Notes: generated by a model not told the origin, from the letters alone. Positions 8,922 to 19,755 are shown, counted from the first letter of the stretch. The stretch: 64,000 bases of DNA from Xanthobacteraceae bacterium (GCA_035652315.1 DASREA010000034.1:15631-79630); one strand, 5' to 3'. A program made the numbers and translations.

Positions 8922-11330
8922 TTGCTTCCATGTAAGGAACGAGACACCTTCGCGCCGCAATGCGGCGAACTGTCGGATTCCATGCCTGAAATCTCGATTC
9001 ATTCCGGCCCGCAAGCGCATTCTGGGCAGCGTCATGCCGACGCCGGTCAAAGCTCCCGGGATCCGGTCTGCGGCATGAGCGTCGACCCGCATACGACGCC
9101 GCACCGCGCCACATTTGCGGGGCGTCCCTATTATTTCTGCTCCGCCGGATGCCGCACGAAATTCGTGACCGACCCCGCGCGCTATCGTGGGGAGACGAAG
9201 CCACCCGAGACGGTGCCGGAAGGCACGATCTATACCTGCCCGATGCATCCGCAGATCCGGCAGATGGGCCCGGGCTCATGCCCGATCTGCGGCATGGCTT
9301 TGGAGCCGGAGATCGTGAGCGCCGAATCCGGGCGCAATCCCGAACTCGCCGACATGACGCGGCGCTTCTGGGTCGGCATGGTGTTGAGCTTGCCCGTGGT
9401 CGCGCTGGAGATGGGCGGACATGTCACCACTCTCCACATGTTGCTTGGCCAGTTGCTGTCGAATTGGCTGCAACTTCTTTTCACCACACCGGTCGTGCTC
9501 TGGGCCGGCTGGCCATTTTTCGTCCGCGGCTGGCAATCCCTGGTCACGCGCAATCTCAACATGTTCACGCTGATCGCCATGGGCACCGGCGTGGCCTGGC
9601 TCTACAGCGTCGTCGGCACCGCCGCCCCCGGCATTTTCCCGCCCGGCTTCCGCAACGCAGGCGCGGTGCCGGTTTATTTCGAGGCCGCCGCCGTCATTAC
9701 TGTTCTGGTGCTGCTCGGCCAGGTGCTCGAGCTGCGCGCCCGCGAACAAACCTCGGGCGCCATTCGCGCGCTGCTCGATCTCGCGCCAAGAAGTGCCCGC
9801 CGCATCAAGCCCAACGGCGAAGAGGAAGAGATCGGCCTCGACGCGGTTGTTGTCGGCGATCGCTTGCGCGTGCGGCCGGGTGAGAAGGTGCCGGTTGATG
9901 GCGAGGTGATCGAAGGCCGCTCCTCGCTCGATCAGTCCATGGTCACCGGCGAATCTATGCCAGTGACAAAAAATCCCGGCGATAAGGTCATCGGCGGTAC
10001 GCTCAACAAGAGCGGCGGCTTCATCATGCGCGCGGAAAAGGTCGGCCGCGACACCCTGCTCGCGCGCATCGTGCAGATGGTGGCGCAAGCGCAGCGCAGC
10101 CGCGCGCCGATTCAACGGCTCGCCGACCGGGTTTCCGCCTGGTTCGTGCCGCTGGTGATCGCGGTGGCCACGCTCGCGTTCATCGCCTGGTCCGTCTTCG
10201 GACCCGAGCCGCGTTTTGCCTTCGGACTCGTCGCCGCGGTCAGCGTGCTGATCATCGCCTGCCCCTGTGCGCTCGGGCTGGCGACGCCGATGTCGATCAT
10301 GGTCGGCGTCGGCCGCGGCGCCACGGCGGGTGTCCTGATCAAGAATGCCGAGGCGCTGGAGCGGATGGAGCGCATCGACACGCTTGTGGTCGACAAGACC
10401 GGCACGCTTACCGAAGGCCAGCCGCGGGTCACAAGAATTTTGCCGGCGCCGGGATTCGAGGAAAGCGAGGTGCTGCGGCTCGCGGCAAGCGTCGAGCGCG
10501 CCAGCGAGCACCCGCTTGCCGCGGCCATCGTGCAGGCGGCGGCTGAGCGCAAAATTGCGCTAGCCCCCGTGCGCGGATTTGATGCCCCGGCCGGCAAAGG
10601 TGCTGTCGGCACGATCGAGCAGCGGCGCATCGTCCTTGGTAATGCTAAATTCCTGCAGGAGCTCGGCATCGAGGCAACCGCACTCGGCGCGGAAGCGGAA
10701 AAGCTGCGCGGCGACGGCGCCACAGTGATTTTCGCCGCGGCGGACGGTAAGCTCGCCGGCCTTCTGGCGATTGAGGATCCGGTCAAGGCGACGACGCCGG
10801 CTGCGTTGACGGAACTGCGCGCGAACGGCGTCAGGGTCGTGATGCTCACCGGCGACAATCAGACGACGGCGCATGCCGTGGCGCGGCGTCTCGGCATCGA
10901 CGACGTGGAAGCGGAAGTCCTGCCGGAGCAGAAAAGCGCCGTCGTTGAACGGCTGCGGGGCCAAGGCCGCGTGGTCGCCATGGCGGGAGATGGCGTCAAC
11001 GACGCGCCGGCGCTCGCCGCCGCCGAGATCGGCATCGCCATGGGAACCGGGACGGACGTTGCCATAGAAAGCGCCGGCGTGACTCTGGTCAAAGGCGATC
11101 TCATGGGCATTGTGCGCGCCAGGCGGCTTTCGGCGGCGACCATGCGCAATATCCGGCAGAACCTTTTTTTCGCCTTTATCTACAATTCCGCCGGGGTTCC
11201 GATTGCCGCAGGAGTGCTCTACCCGACATTTGGCTTGCTGCTGTCGCCGGTCGTCGCCGCCGCCGCCATGGCATTGTCCTCGGTGAGCGTTATCGCTAAT
11301 GCCTTGCGCCTGCGCCGCGTCAGGCTTTGA
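8922..11330 (+). CDS. copA: Copper-translocating P1B-type ATPase
   Basis: Shows DKTGT, CPC in TM6 ([13 protein letters not shown]), YN (FIYNSAG) plus M..SS (AMALSSVS), and [10 protein letters not shown]. The N-terminus has a TRASH/YHS-like CGM...C..GC and a YTCPMHP...CPICGM motif. The track start is TTG 8922; ATG 8982 (MPEISIH) is an alternative. Confidence 0.9.
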   Translation: MLPCKERDTFAPQCGELSDSMPEISIHSGPQAHSGQRHADAGQSSRDPVCGMSVDPHTTPHRATFAGRPYYFCSAGCRTKFVTDPARYRGETKPPETVPEGTIYTCPMHPQIRQMGPGSCPICGMALEPEIVSAESGRNPELADMTRRFWVGMVLSLPVVALEMGGHVTTLHMLLGQLLSNWLQLLFTTPVVLWAGWPFFVRGWQSLVTRNLNMFTLIAMGTGVAWLYSVVGTAAPGIFPPGFRNAGAVPVYFEAAAVITVLVLLGQVLELRAREQTSGAIRALLDLAPRSARRIKPNGEEEEIGLDAVVVGDRLRVRPGEKVPVDGEVIEGRSSLDQSMVTGESMPVTKNPGDKVIGGTLNKSGGFIMRAEKVGRDTLLARIVQMVAQAQRSRAPIQRLADRVSAWFVPLVIAVATLAFIAWSVFGPEPRFAFGLVAAVSVLIIACPCALGLATPMSIMVGVGRGATAGVLIKNAEALERMERIDTLVVDKTGTLTEGQPRVTRILPAPGFEESEVLRLAASVERASEHPLAAAIVQAAAERKIALAPVRGFDAPAGKGAVGTIEQRRIVLGNAKFLQELGIEATALGAEAEKLRGDGATVIFAAADGKLAGLLAIEDPVKATTPAALTELRANGVRVVMLTGDNQTTAHAVARRLGIDDVEAEVLPEQKSAVVERLRGQGRVVAMAGDGVNDAPALAAAEIGIAMGTGTDVAIESAGVTLVKGDLMGIVRARRLSAATMRNIRQNLFFAFIYNSAGVPIAAGVLYPTFGLLLSPVVAAAAMALSSVSVIANALRLRRVRL

Positions 11331-11393
11331 ACATTGCAAGGCCAGGCCTTGGCCGGTACTTTGCCCCCCGGAAACACAAGGTAACGAGTTAAT

Positions 11394-13517
11394 ATGCAGC
11401 AAATTCCCGAGCTGTTGCGCGGCGCCGTCGGCTTACATCAGCGCGGCCAATTGGCGGAAGCCGAAGCGCTCTATGCCAGGGTGCTGGCGATCGACGCCAA
11501 GCAGTTCGACGCCCTGCATCTACTCGGGCTGCTGAAACACCAGCGCGGCGACAGCGATCAGGCCATCCGCTTGATGGCGCAGGCACTGGACGTGAATCCG
11601 ACCTCCCCTCCAGTATTGCTCAATTACGGCGGCGTGCTGTGCTTGACGGGCCGGTTTGCCGAAGCTCTCGCCTCTTACGACCGCATTCTCGCCATCGACC
11701 CGCAGCAGCCGGATGCAACCTATAACCGCGGCAACGCGCTGATGGGGCTCGGCCGCTACGCCGAGGCATTGGAAGCTTACGATCGATCGGTGGCGCTCAA
11801 GCCCGAAAATCCGCTTGGCCATTTCAATCGGGGGAATGCACTAGTGGCGCTCGACCGCGCCGAGGAGGCTCTCGCTGCTTTCGACCGTGCGCTCCAGCTC
11901 GAGCCGAAATTCACCGATGCCCTGCTCAACCGTGGCAAAGTCTTGAGCGGCCTTGGGCGCGAAGCCGAGGCCCTTGCCTGTTTCGAGCAGGCGGCAGCGA
12001 CACGCGTCGACGGCGCCGGCGCGGCGAACAAACGTGCCGCAGCGCTGCTGCAATTGAACCGCTATCAAGAGGCGCTGGAACTTTGTGAGCGGAGCTTGGA
12101 AAGCAATCCCGACGACGTCACTGCTCTGGAGATTTGCGGCCGCGCGTTGCGTGGGCTCGACCTCAACAAAAAAGCGCTGGCTTATTTCGATCGCATTATC
12201 AGCCTTAGGCCCGACGATCCTGCGGCAGCCAACAATCGCGCGCTGACCCTCGTCGCGCTCAGTCGCTATGACGAGGCGCTGGCCTATTTCGATGAAATGC
12301 TGGCGCGGCATCCGGACGATCCGGGACTGCTCAATAATCGTGGAATGGCGCTGGCGGGGCTCAACCGGCTCGACGAGGCGCTGGCTTGTTACGAGCGCGT
12401 GCTGCAGCAGTTTCCCGACCATGTCGAGGCGCTGAACAATCGCGGCAATGCTTTGAAGAGCCTCAACCGCTTGGAGGAAGCCTTAGCCTGCCTCCAAGCC
12501 GCGATCGAGCGGCATCCGAACCATGCGGAGAGCCATTGGAATGCCGGCGCCTGCCGCTTGGCGCTCGGAGACCTGCAGCAAGGCTGGAAAGATTATGAAT
12601 GGCGCTGGAAGACCCCGGATTTTCCCACCAAGCGGCCGAATTTCCGCCAGCCGGAATGGGACGGACAGCGCGTCAGCGGAACCTTGTTGGTCTGGGGTGA
12701 ACAAGGACTCGGCGACCAAGTCATCTACTCAAGCATGGTCGCCGATCTGGCCGAACGAGCCGACGCGGTCATTCTGGCGGTCGGCCGCCGCCTCGAACCG
12801 CTGTTCACCCGCTCCTTTCCCAATGTGCGCGTAATCCCCCGCAACGACGCCGCAGTACAGACCTTTGCCGCGCATTGTTCGCTGGGCAGCCTTGGCCAAT
12901 ATCTGCGCCCGACGCTCGACGCCTTTCCTCGCTGCAGCTATCTCGTCCCCGACGCCGAGCGCGCGGCCGCATTGCGGCAGCGGTTGTCGCCCAATGGCGA
13001 GGCGGTGATCGGCCTGTCATGGATTTCCAAAAATCCCGGTGACGCCGCGGTCAGCCAAATCAAATCCGCGCGGCTGCGGGATTTTGCCCCCGTTCTCGCC
13101 TTGCCCAACTCCCGCTTCGTTGACTTGCAATACGGCGACACGCTGGCCGAGCGCGTCGCCCTGCAGCAGCAGACCGGGCTGATCGTCCGCCGCCTGGAAG
13201 ATATCGACAACACCAACGACATCGACGCGCTCGCGGCCCTGATCACGGCCTGCGATCTCGTCGTCACGGTAAGCAACACCACGGCCCATCTCGCCGGCGC
13301 GCTGGGCAAGCCGACGCTGGTGCTGGTGCCCTTCGGCCGCCCGCGATTCTGGTATTGGTTCAAGGAGGGGATTCCTTGCCCGTGGTATCCGGAGGTCGGC
13401 GTTCTTTATCAGGGCAAAGACGAGACGTGGCCGGAATTGATCGCCCGCACTGCTCCGCGCGTTGCAGCCTTCGTGGCCGGCGAGCGGAACCTCTCACCGG
13501 CGGGAAGTCGGAACTGA
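11394..13517 (+). CDS. TPR-repeat + C-terminal GT9-like (GT-B) glycosyltransferase-family protein, paralog 1 of 5
   Basis: 707 aa: about 385 aa of 34-residue TPR units, then a ~320-aa module shared by all five paralogs (GWKDYEWRW, WGEQGLGDQVIY, DLQYGDT, ACDLVVTVSNTTAHLAGALGKPT, PWYP). Confidence 0.8.
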   Translation: MQQIPELLRGAVGLHQRGQLAEAEALYARVLAIDAKQFDALHLLGLLKHQRGDSDQAIRLMAQALDVNPTSPPVLLNYGGVLCLTGRFAEALASYDRILAIDPQQPDATYNRGNALMGLGRYAEALEAYDRSVALKPENPLGHFNRGNALVALDRAEEALAAFDRALQLEPKFTDALLNRGKVLSGLGREAEALACFEQAAATRVDGAGAANKRAAALLQLNRYQEALELCERSLESNPDDVTALEICGRALRGLDLNKKALAYFDRIISLRPDDPAAANNRALTLVALSRYDEALAYFDEMLARHPDDPGLLNNRGMALAGLNRLDEALACYERVLQQFPDHVEALNNRGNALKSLNRLEEALACLQAAIERHPNHAESHWNAGACRLALGDLQQGWKDYEWRWKTPDFPTKRPNFRQPEWDGQRVSGTLLVWGEQGLGDQVIYSSMVADLAERADAVILAVGRRLEPLFTRSFPNVRVIPRNDAAVQTFAAHCSLGSLGQYLRPTLDAFPRCSYLVPDAERAAALRQRLSPNGEAVIGLSWISKNPGDAAVSQIKSARLRDFAPVLALPNSRFVDLQYGDTLAERVALQQQTGLIVRRLEDIDNTNDIDALAALITACDLVVTVSNTTAHLAGALGKPTLVLVPFGRPRFWYWFKEGIPCPWYPEVGVLYQGKDETWPELIARTAPRVAAFVAGERNLSPAGSRN

Positions 13518-13518
13518 C

Positions 13519-15834
13519 ATGACGTCGGTCGGGGAAATGCTGCGCGGCGCCGTCGGGCTGCATCAGCGCGGACAATTGGCGGAGGCGGAAAAGCTTTACA
13601 AAAAGGTCCTCGCGGTAGACGCCAAGCAATCCGATGCCTTGCATATGCTGGGCTTGTTGAAGCACCAGAGCGGCGACAGCGATCAGGCGATCCGACTGAT
13701 GACGGCGGCACTCGACGTCAATCCCAAGTCGCCTCAGGTGCTCGTGAGCTACGCCAACATGCTCTGCGCGCTGAATCGGCCGGCCGAGGCGCTCGGTTTT
13801 TACGACCGCGCCCTGGCCATCATGCCGAGCGAAGTGCGCATACACAATAATCGAGGCAACGCCCTGCTCGCGCTGAACCGGCCATCCGAAGCGCTGGCGG
13901 CATTCGACCTTTCGCTGCGGCTACAGCCCAATCCGCAGGCTCATTATGGCCGCGGCAACGCCTTGGTCGGACTAGGCCGGCAGGCCGATGCGCTGGAAGC
14001 CTATGAGCGCGCGCTGGCACTAGAACCCAATAATCCAGTGCTGCATTACAACCGCGGCAATCTTCTCGGCGCGCTCGGCCGGTTTGACGAAGCGCTGGCC
14101 GCGTTCGACCGTGCCGCGACGCTTGAGCCGCGCTTTGTTGAAGCGCTGCTCAATCGCGGCAATGCCTTGGTCGGACTTGGCCGGCACGCGGAAGCACTGT
14201 CGTCCTTCGAGCGCGCGCTCGAACTCAGGCCCAATGACCCGCTCGGGCTGGTCGGCAGGGGGCTGGCGCTTGCAGCGCTCGGCCGCGCCGAGGAGGCCCT
14301 GGCCTGCTACGACCGCGTCCTGGAAATGCATCCAGGCGATATCGCAGCATTAAACAACCGCGCCGCCGCGCTCGTGCGGCTCGACCGCTTGAACGACGCT
14401 TTGGCGGGTTACGATAAGGTAATCGCCGCGCAGCCCGACAATGCCGATGCCATCGAGAACCGATGCAACGTGCTGCAATCGCTCGGCCGCAATGACGAAG
14501 CGCTGGATGGCTTTGATCGCATTCTTCAACTCAGGCCGGACGACGCCGCCATCCTCACGCGACGCGGTCTGGCATTGTTGGAGCTCGGCCGCCCCGCCGA
14601 GGCACTGGCCTGTTTCGACCGGCGGCTGGAGCTTACTCCCGGCGATTCGGGCGACACGTTGAATCGCGGCGTAGCCTTGGCAGCGCTCGGCCGCTTTGAA
14701 GATGCGCTTGATTGCTACGATCGTGTACTGCAGGCAAATTCCCAAAACACTTCGGCATTGAACGGCAAAGGCAACGCCCTTGGCGAACTCGGGCGCTATG
14801 AAGAGGCGCTCGCCTGTTTCGACGAAGCGCTGGCGATCGACTTCGAACATCCAGAAAGCCACTGGAATTCAGCGCTGGTGCACCTTGTAAGAGGCGACTT
14901 GGCGGAAGGCTGGAAGGAATATGAATGGCGCTGGAGCACGGCGAACTTCCCTTCGGAGCATCGCATCTTTCGGCAGCCGCGCTGGCATGGCGAGCGGGTC
15001 AAAGGCACCCTGCTAGCTTGGGGAGAACAGGGGCTCGGCGACCAGATCATCTACGCCGGCATGATCCCCGACCTCGCCGCATATGCCGATTCCGTGTTGG
15101 TGGAGGTGGATCCGCGTCTGGTACCGTTGTTCGCACGATCCTTTCCTGTCGTTACCGTCGTAGGCTTTGGTGAAGCCGGGCGGCAGGACTTCCAGACGCA
15201 GTCGCCCTTCGCGAGCTTGGGACAATATTTGCGTCCGACGCTGGAATCTTTCCCGCGTGCCGAGAACGGCTATTTTGTTGCCGACGCCGAACGCGCCGCC
15301 GCATTGCGCCGCCGCCTTTCGCCCAACGGTGAGAAGGTCATCGGTCTTTCCTGGGTGTCGAAAAATCCCACGCTCGGCGAACGAAAGACGGCCCAACTAC
15401 GCGATTTCGAATCCATCCTGCGGCTGCCCGGCTGCCGTTTCATCGACCTGCAATATGGCGACACCGCCGCCGAGCGCAACGCGGTGCAGAAGGAAACTGG
15501 CCTCGTAGTCGAGCGCCTTGACGACATCGACAACACTAACGACATCGACGGCCTCGCCGCCTTGATCGCGGCCTGCGACCTCGTTGCCACCGTCAGCAAC
15601 ACCACCGCGCATCTCTCCGGCGCGCTCGGCAAGCCGACAATCGTATTCGTTCCCTATGGGCGGACGCACCTGTGGTACTGGGGCTCCGAGAAGAATCAAT
15701 ATCCTTGGTATCCGCGGGTGCGCCTCCGCTACCAGGCACGGGGAGAATCGTGGGCGAAAATGATTGCTACGGCGTCGGTGGAAATTCCTGGCTTGGTCGC
15801 CAGCACAAAGGACTCCCCACATGGCACGTCCTGA
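13519..15834 (+). CDS. TPR-repeat + GT9-like glycosyltransferase-family protein, paralog 2 of 5
   Basis: Track ORF starts at 13462. I chose ATG 13519 (MTSVGEMLRGAVGLHQRG), which aligns with the other paralog N-termini and sits 1 nt after the paralog-1 stop. The protein is 771 aa. Confidence 0.8.
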   Translation: MTSVGEMLRGAVGLHQRGQLAEAEKLYKKVLAVDAKQSDALHMLGLLKHQSGDSDQAIRLMTAALDVNPKSPQVLVSYANMLCALNRPAEALGFYDRALAIMPSEVRIHNNRGNALLALNRPSEALAAFDLSLRLQPNPQAHYGRGNALVGLGRQADALEAYERALALEPNNPVLHYNRGNLLGALGRFDEALAAFDRAATLEPRFVEALLNRGNALVGLGRHAEALSSFERALELRPNDPLGLVGRGLALAALGRAEEALACYDRVLEMHPGDIAALNNRAAALVRLDRLNDALAGYDKVIAAQPDNADAIENRCNVLQSLGRNDEALDGFDRILQLRPDDAAILTRRGLALLELGRPAEALACFDRRLELTPGDSGDTLNRGVALAALGRFEDALDCYDRVLQANSQNTSALNGKGNALGELGRYEEALACFDEALAIDFEHPESHWNSALVHLVRGDLAEGWKEYEWRWSTANFPSEHRIFRQPRWHGERVKGTLLAWGEQGLGDQIIYAGMIPDLAAYADSVLVEVDPRLVPLFARSFPVVTVVGFGEAGRQDFQTQSPFASLGQYLRPTLESFPRAENGYFVADAERAAALRRRLSPNGEKVIGLSWVSKNPTLGERKTAQLRDFESILRLPGCRFIDLQYGDTAAERNAVQKETGLVVERLDDIDNTNDIDGLAALIAACDLVATVSNTTAHLSGALGKPTIVFVPYGRTHLWYWGSEKNQYPWYPRVRLRYQARGESWAKMIATASVEIPGLVASTKDSPHGTS

Positions 15835-15953
15835 AGCCAATCGCCGCCGCAGGCCGGGAGGCATTGCCGGGCCTTTAAGGGTCCAATACCTTGTTTGCAT
15901 GAGTGAAATGCAGATGATGCGCTTCGATCCGAATAGCGGGCGCCGCGCCTGAC

Positions 15954-18158
15954 ATGCGTTCCGTCGGGGACATGCTGCGGGGCGCCGTCGGCCTGCATCA
16001 GCGCGGGCAACTGGCCGACGCGGAAAAGCTCTACAACAAGGTGCTGGCCATCGACTCCAGGCAGTTCGATGCGCTGCATCTTCTCGGCCTGCTCAAGCAC
16101 CAACGCGGCGATAGCGACCAGGCCATCCGCCTGATGGCAGCGGCGCTCGACGTCAATCCAAGATCGCCGCCAGCGCTGCTAAATTATGCAGGCATGCTAT
16201 TCATGATGAGGCGCTATGCCGACGCGCTCACCTGCTACGACCGCGTTCTCAAGCTCGAGCCGCAACTGCCCGACGCGCATTATAACCGCGGCAATGCGCT
16301 CATGGGCCTCGGCCGTCCCGGCGAGGCGCTAGCGGCTTACGACCGCGCCCTCTCCCTCAATCCGTCAAATCCGCTCGCCCACTACAATCGCGGCAACGCC
16401 CTCGTCGCCCTCAATCGCGTCGAGGAAGCGCTCGCCGCTTTCGAGCAAACGCTGAAACTTTCGCCGCAATCGCTAGAAGCGCTGATGAATCGTGGCAAGG
16501 CGTTGAGCCTGCTCGGCCGCAACGAGGAAGCGCTCGCCATTTTCGACGACATGCTGACAAAACAGCCTGACGATCCGGTAGTGCTGACCAACCGCGGATC
16601 GGCGCTGGCCGCGCTCGGCCGCAACGAGGAGGCGCTGGTCTGCTTCGACCGGGCGCTCGCGGTCAATCCGCTGGACGCCCCGGCGCTCAACAGCCGCGCC
16701 AGCGCGCTGATCGAGCTTAACCGTTTCGAAGAAGCGCTTCAGTCCTGCGATCAACTGTTGGCGGCGCAGCCGCTCGACCGCGACGCTTTGGTCAGCCGCG
16801 GGACCGCCCTGTTGCGTCTTCACCGCCTGGAAGAGGCGCTTGCCGCCTTCGAACGCGCTTTGCTCATCGACCCCGACGAGGCGCTGGCGATCAACGGCCG
16901 CGGCCTCGCGCTGCATGGGTTAGGCCGCTATGCGGAAGCTCTGGAATGCGTCGACAAGGCGCTCGCCATCACGCCCGACGACGTCGGACTCAAGATCAAT
17001 CGTGGTGCCGCGCTGGTCGGCCTCAACCGCATGGAAGAGGCGCTCGTCTGTTACGATGAAGTGCTCAAGACCAAGCCGCAGGATGTCGGCACCATCAACA
17101 ATCGCGGCAATGCGCTGCGCGATCTCAACCGTTACCAAGAGGCGCTCGCCTGCTTCGATCAAGCGCTCGCCATCAATCCGGAACATGCGGAGAGCCATTG
17201 GAATTCAGCGCTGGCTAGACTCGCCAACGGCGATCTCGTCGGGGGCTGGAAGGAATATGAGTGGCGCTGGAAGACAGCGGACTTCCCCTCCAAGCAGCGC
17301 ATCTTCCCGCAGCCGCGCTGGCAGGGTGAATACGTGAACGGCCGACTCCTGGCCTGGGGCGAGCAGGGCCTCGGCGACCAGATCATCTATGCCAGCATGA
17401 TTCCCGACCTCGCGAGCCACGCGGACTCCGTCCTGATCGAGGTCGGCGCCCGCATGGTCCCGCTGTTCGCGCGCTCCTTCCCCGCCATGACGGTGATTGC
17501 GCGCGGCGAGGCCGAGCAGCACCATTTCGACGCGCACTCGGCTTTCGCGAGCCTTGGCCAATATCTGCGGCCGAATTTCGAATCCTTTCCTTACCGAGAG
17601 AACGGTTATCTCGTCGCCGACGCCGAGCGCGCGGCGGCGTTGCGCCGGCGGGTGTCGCCAAACGGCGAAAAAGTCATCGGCCTTTCCTGGGTCTCGAAGA
17701 ATCCGACGCTCAGCGAACGCAAGACCGCGCAACTGCGCGATTTTGAATCGATCCTGCGGCTACCCGGCTGCCGCTTCATCGATCTGCAATACGGCGACAC
17801 CGCCGCCGAGCGCGAGGCGCTGCACAAGGAAACCGGCATCGTCGTCGAGCGGCTGGAGGACATCGACAATACCAACGACATCGACGGTCTTGCCGCCTTG
17901 ATCACCGCCTGCGATCTCGTCGCCACTGTCAGCAACACCACCGCGCATCTCGCCGGCGCCCTGGGCAAGCCCACTGTGGTCTTCGTGCCCTTCGGCCGGG
18001 CGCGCATCTGGTATTGGTTCAAGGAGGGAACCGCCTGCCCCTGGTATCCCCGCCTGCGCCTGAAACGTGCGGTCGCGGGCCAATCCTGGGAGCAGTTGGT
18101 CAGCGCCGCCGCGGACGAAATCGCCGAATTGGTAGCGGCGGCACACCGGTCGCCGTGA
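15954..18158 (+). CDS. TPR-repeat + GT9-like glycosyltransferase-family protein, paralog 3 of 5
   Basis: 734 aa. Same N-terminal motif (MLRGAVGLHQRGQLADAEKLY) and the same C-terminal module. Confidence 0.8.
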   Translation: MRSVGDMLRGAVGLHQRGQLADAEKLYNKVLAIDSRQFDALHLLGLLKHQRGDSDQAIRLMAAALDVNPRSPPALLNYAGMLFMMRRYADALTCYDRVLKLEPQLPDAHYNRGNALMGLGRPGEALAAYDRALSLNPSNPLAHYNRGNALVALNRVEEALAAFEQTLKLSPQSLEALMNRGKALSLLGRNEEALAIFDDMLTKQPDDPVVLTNRGSALAALGRNEEALVCFDRALAVNPLDAPALNSRASALIELNRFEEALQSCDQLLAAQPLDRDALVSRGTALLRLHRLEEALAAFERALLIDPDEALAINGRGLALHGLGRYAEALECVDKALAITPDDVGLKINRGAALVGLNRMEEALVCYDEVLKTKPQDVGTINNRGNALRDLNRYQEALACFDQALAINPEHAESHWNSALARLANGDLVGGWKEYEWRWKTADFPSKQRIFPQPRWQGEYVNGRLLAWGEQGLGDQIIYASMIPDLASHADSVLIEVGARMVPLFARSFPAMTVIARGEAEQHHFDAHSAFASLGQYLRPNFESFPYRENGYLVADAERAAALRRRVSPNGEKVIGLSWVSKNPTLSERKTAQLRDFESILRLPGCRFIDLQYGDTAAEREALHKETGIVVERLEDIDNTNDIDGLAALITACDLVATVSNTTAHLAGALGKPTVVFVPFGRARIWYWFKEGTACPWYPRLRLKRAVAGQSWEQLVSAAADEIAELVAAAHRSP

Positions 18159-18159
18159 C

Positions 18160-19755
18160 ATGCAATATCTGATCAAAATGTTGCACTCGGCGCTGAAACT
18201 GCAAAATCAGGGCAAGCTTGCCGAAGCCGAGAAGCTCTATAGCAAGGTCCTCGAGATTGATTCCGGCAATTTCGACGCGCTACATCTGCTCGGTCTTCTG
18301 AGGCACCAGCACGGCGACCGCACGCGCGGGCTTGAGCTGGTCGGTGCGGCGCTGAAGGTCAATCCCAATTCCGCGGAAGCGCTGTCGAATTACGGCAGCA
18401 TTCTTTGCGCCTTGAACCGGCAGCAGGAAGCGCTTCCCTATTTCGAGCGCGCGCTCGCCATTAATCCCTTCTTCGCCAGCGCGCTTAACAATCGCGGCAA
18501 CGCGCTGGATCATCTGGAGCGGCATGAGGAGGCGCTGGAGTGCTTCAAGCGCGCCTTGACGCTGAAGCCCGGCGACCCGCAAACGCTGTTCAACTGCGGC
18601 TATGCGCTCCGACAATTGAATCGGCACCGGGAAGCGCTGGGGTATTACGAGCAATTCCTGAAAAGGCTGCCCAGCGATAGCACGCTGCTCAATAATTGCG
18701 GCAAGGAGCTTGCCCTGCTCGGCCGCAGTCAGGATGCGCTCGCCTGCTTCGACCGCTCGCTGCAAATCAGCCCCGACGACATTGAAGCGCATTGGCAATC
18801 GGCGCTGAGCCGGCTCACGCTCGGGGATCTGGCGCGTGGCTGGAAGGCCTATGAATGGCGCTGGCGGACCGAGGAATTTCCGAGCGAGCCGCGCCATACC
18901 GCATTGCCGCGCTGGAACGGCAAAGACATCGGCGGCACGCTGCTCGCCTGGGCGGAACAAGGGCTGGGAGACGAAATCCTCTATGCCAGCATGATTCCCG
19001 ATCTTGCCGGCCGCGTCGGCGCTCTGGCGCTGGAAGTCGAGCCGCGGCTCGTTCCGCTTTTCGCCCGGTCTTTTCCGGACGCACGCATCATCGCGCGCGA
19101 CGATCCTCTGCCAGAGGTGGCGGCGCAAATTCCCTTTGCCAGTCTTGGACAATTTCTGCGGCCGGACAGCCAGTCCTTTCCCAAGCGCGAGCGTGGCTAT
19201 CTCGCTGCTGACGCGGAAAGAGCCGCCGCCCTGCGCCGTCGCTTGTCGCCGCAAGGCGAAAAGGTCGTCGGGCTTTCCTGGATCAGCAAGAATCCGGTGC
19301 TGGGCAAGGCCAAAACCGCGACGCTGGCCGCTTTCGGGCCGCTGCTGCGGATGCCGCACTGTCGCTATGTCGATCTGCAATATGGCGACACCGCCGCCGA
19401 GCGCGAGGACTTGCAGCGGCGCACCGGGATACACGTGGAGCGCCTCGACGACATCGACAACACGCAGGACATCGACGGCCTCGCCGCCTTGATCGCCGCT
19501 TGCGATCTCGTCGTCACCGTCAGCAACACGACGGCGCATCTCGCCGGCGCCCTCGGCAAGGCGACGGTCGTCTTCGTCCCCTTCGGCACCGCGCGCATCT
19601 GGTATTGGTTCCACGAAGGCGACGACAGCCCGTGGTATCCACGCGTGCGCGTCAAGCGGCAGCGGCAGGGACAAACGTGGGACGAATTGATCGCATCGGC
19701 GGCTACCGAGATCGGCGAATTCGCTTCCGGCGACACGCAACCGCAGCCGGCGTAA
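18160..19755 (+). CDS. TPR-repeat + GT9-like glycosyltransferase-family protein, paralog 4 of 5 (short TPR region)
   Basis: 531 aa, with about 210 aa of TPR before the HW...GW.AYEWRW module. The ATG is 1 nt after the paralog-3 stop. Confidence 0.8.
   Translation: MQYLIKMLHSALKLQNQGKLAEAEKLYSKVLEIDSGNFDALHLLGLLRHQHGDRTRGLELVGAALKVNPNSAEALSNYGSILCALNRQQEALPYFERALAINPFFASALNNRGNALDHLERHEEALECFKRALTLKPGDPQTLFNCGYALRQLNRHREALGYYEQFLKRLPSDSTLLNNCGKELALLGRSQDALACFDRSLQISPDDIEAHWQSALSRLTLGDLARGWKAYEWRWRTEEFPSEPRHTALPRWNGKDIGGTLLAWAEQGLGDEILYASMIPDLAGRVGALALEVEPRLVPLFARSFPDARIIARDDPLPEVAAQIPFASLGQFLRPDSQSFPKRERGYLAADAERAAALRRRLSPQGEKVVGLSWISKNPVLGKAKTATLAAFGPLLRMPHCRYVDLQYGDTAAEREDLQRRTGIHVERLDDIDNTQDIDGLAALIAACDLVVTVSNTTAHLAGALGKATVVFVPFGTARIWYWFHEGDDSPWYPRVRVKRQRQGQTWDELIASAATEIGEFASGDTQPQPA

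Noticed and set aside
15764-15952. 62-aa ORF filling the spacer between TPR paralogs 2 and 3.
   Set aside because: It overlaps the 3' end of paralog 2 out of frame, has an Arg/Pro-rich composition and has no SD. Only its terminal TGAcATG junction is of interest, and that is reported separately.
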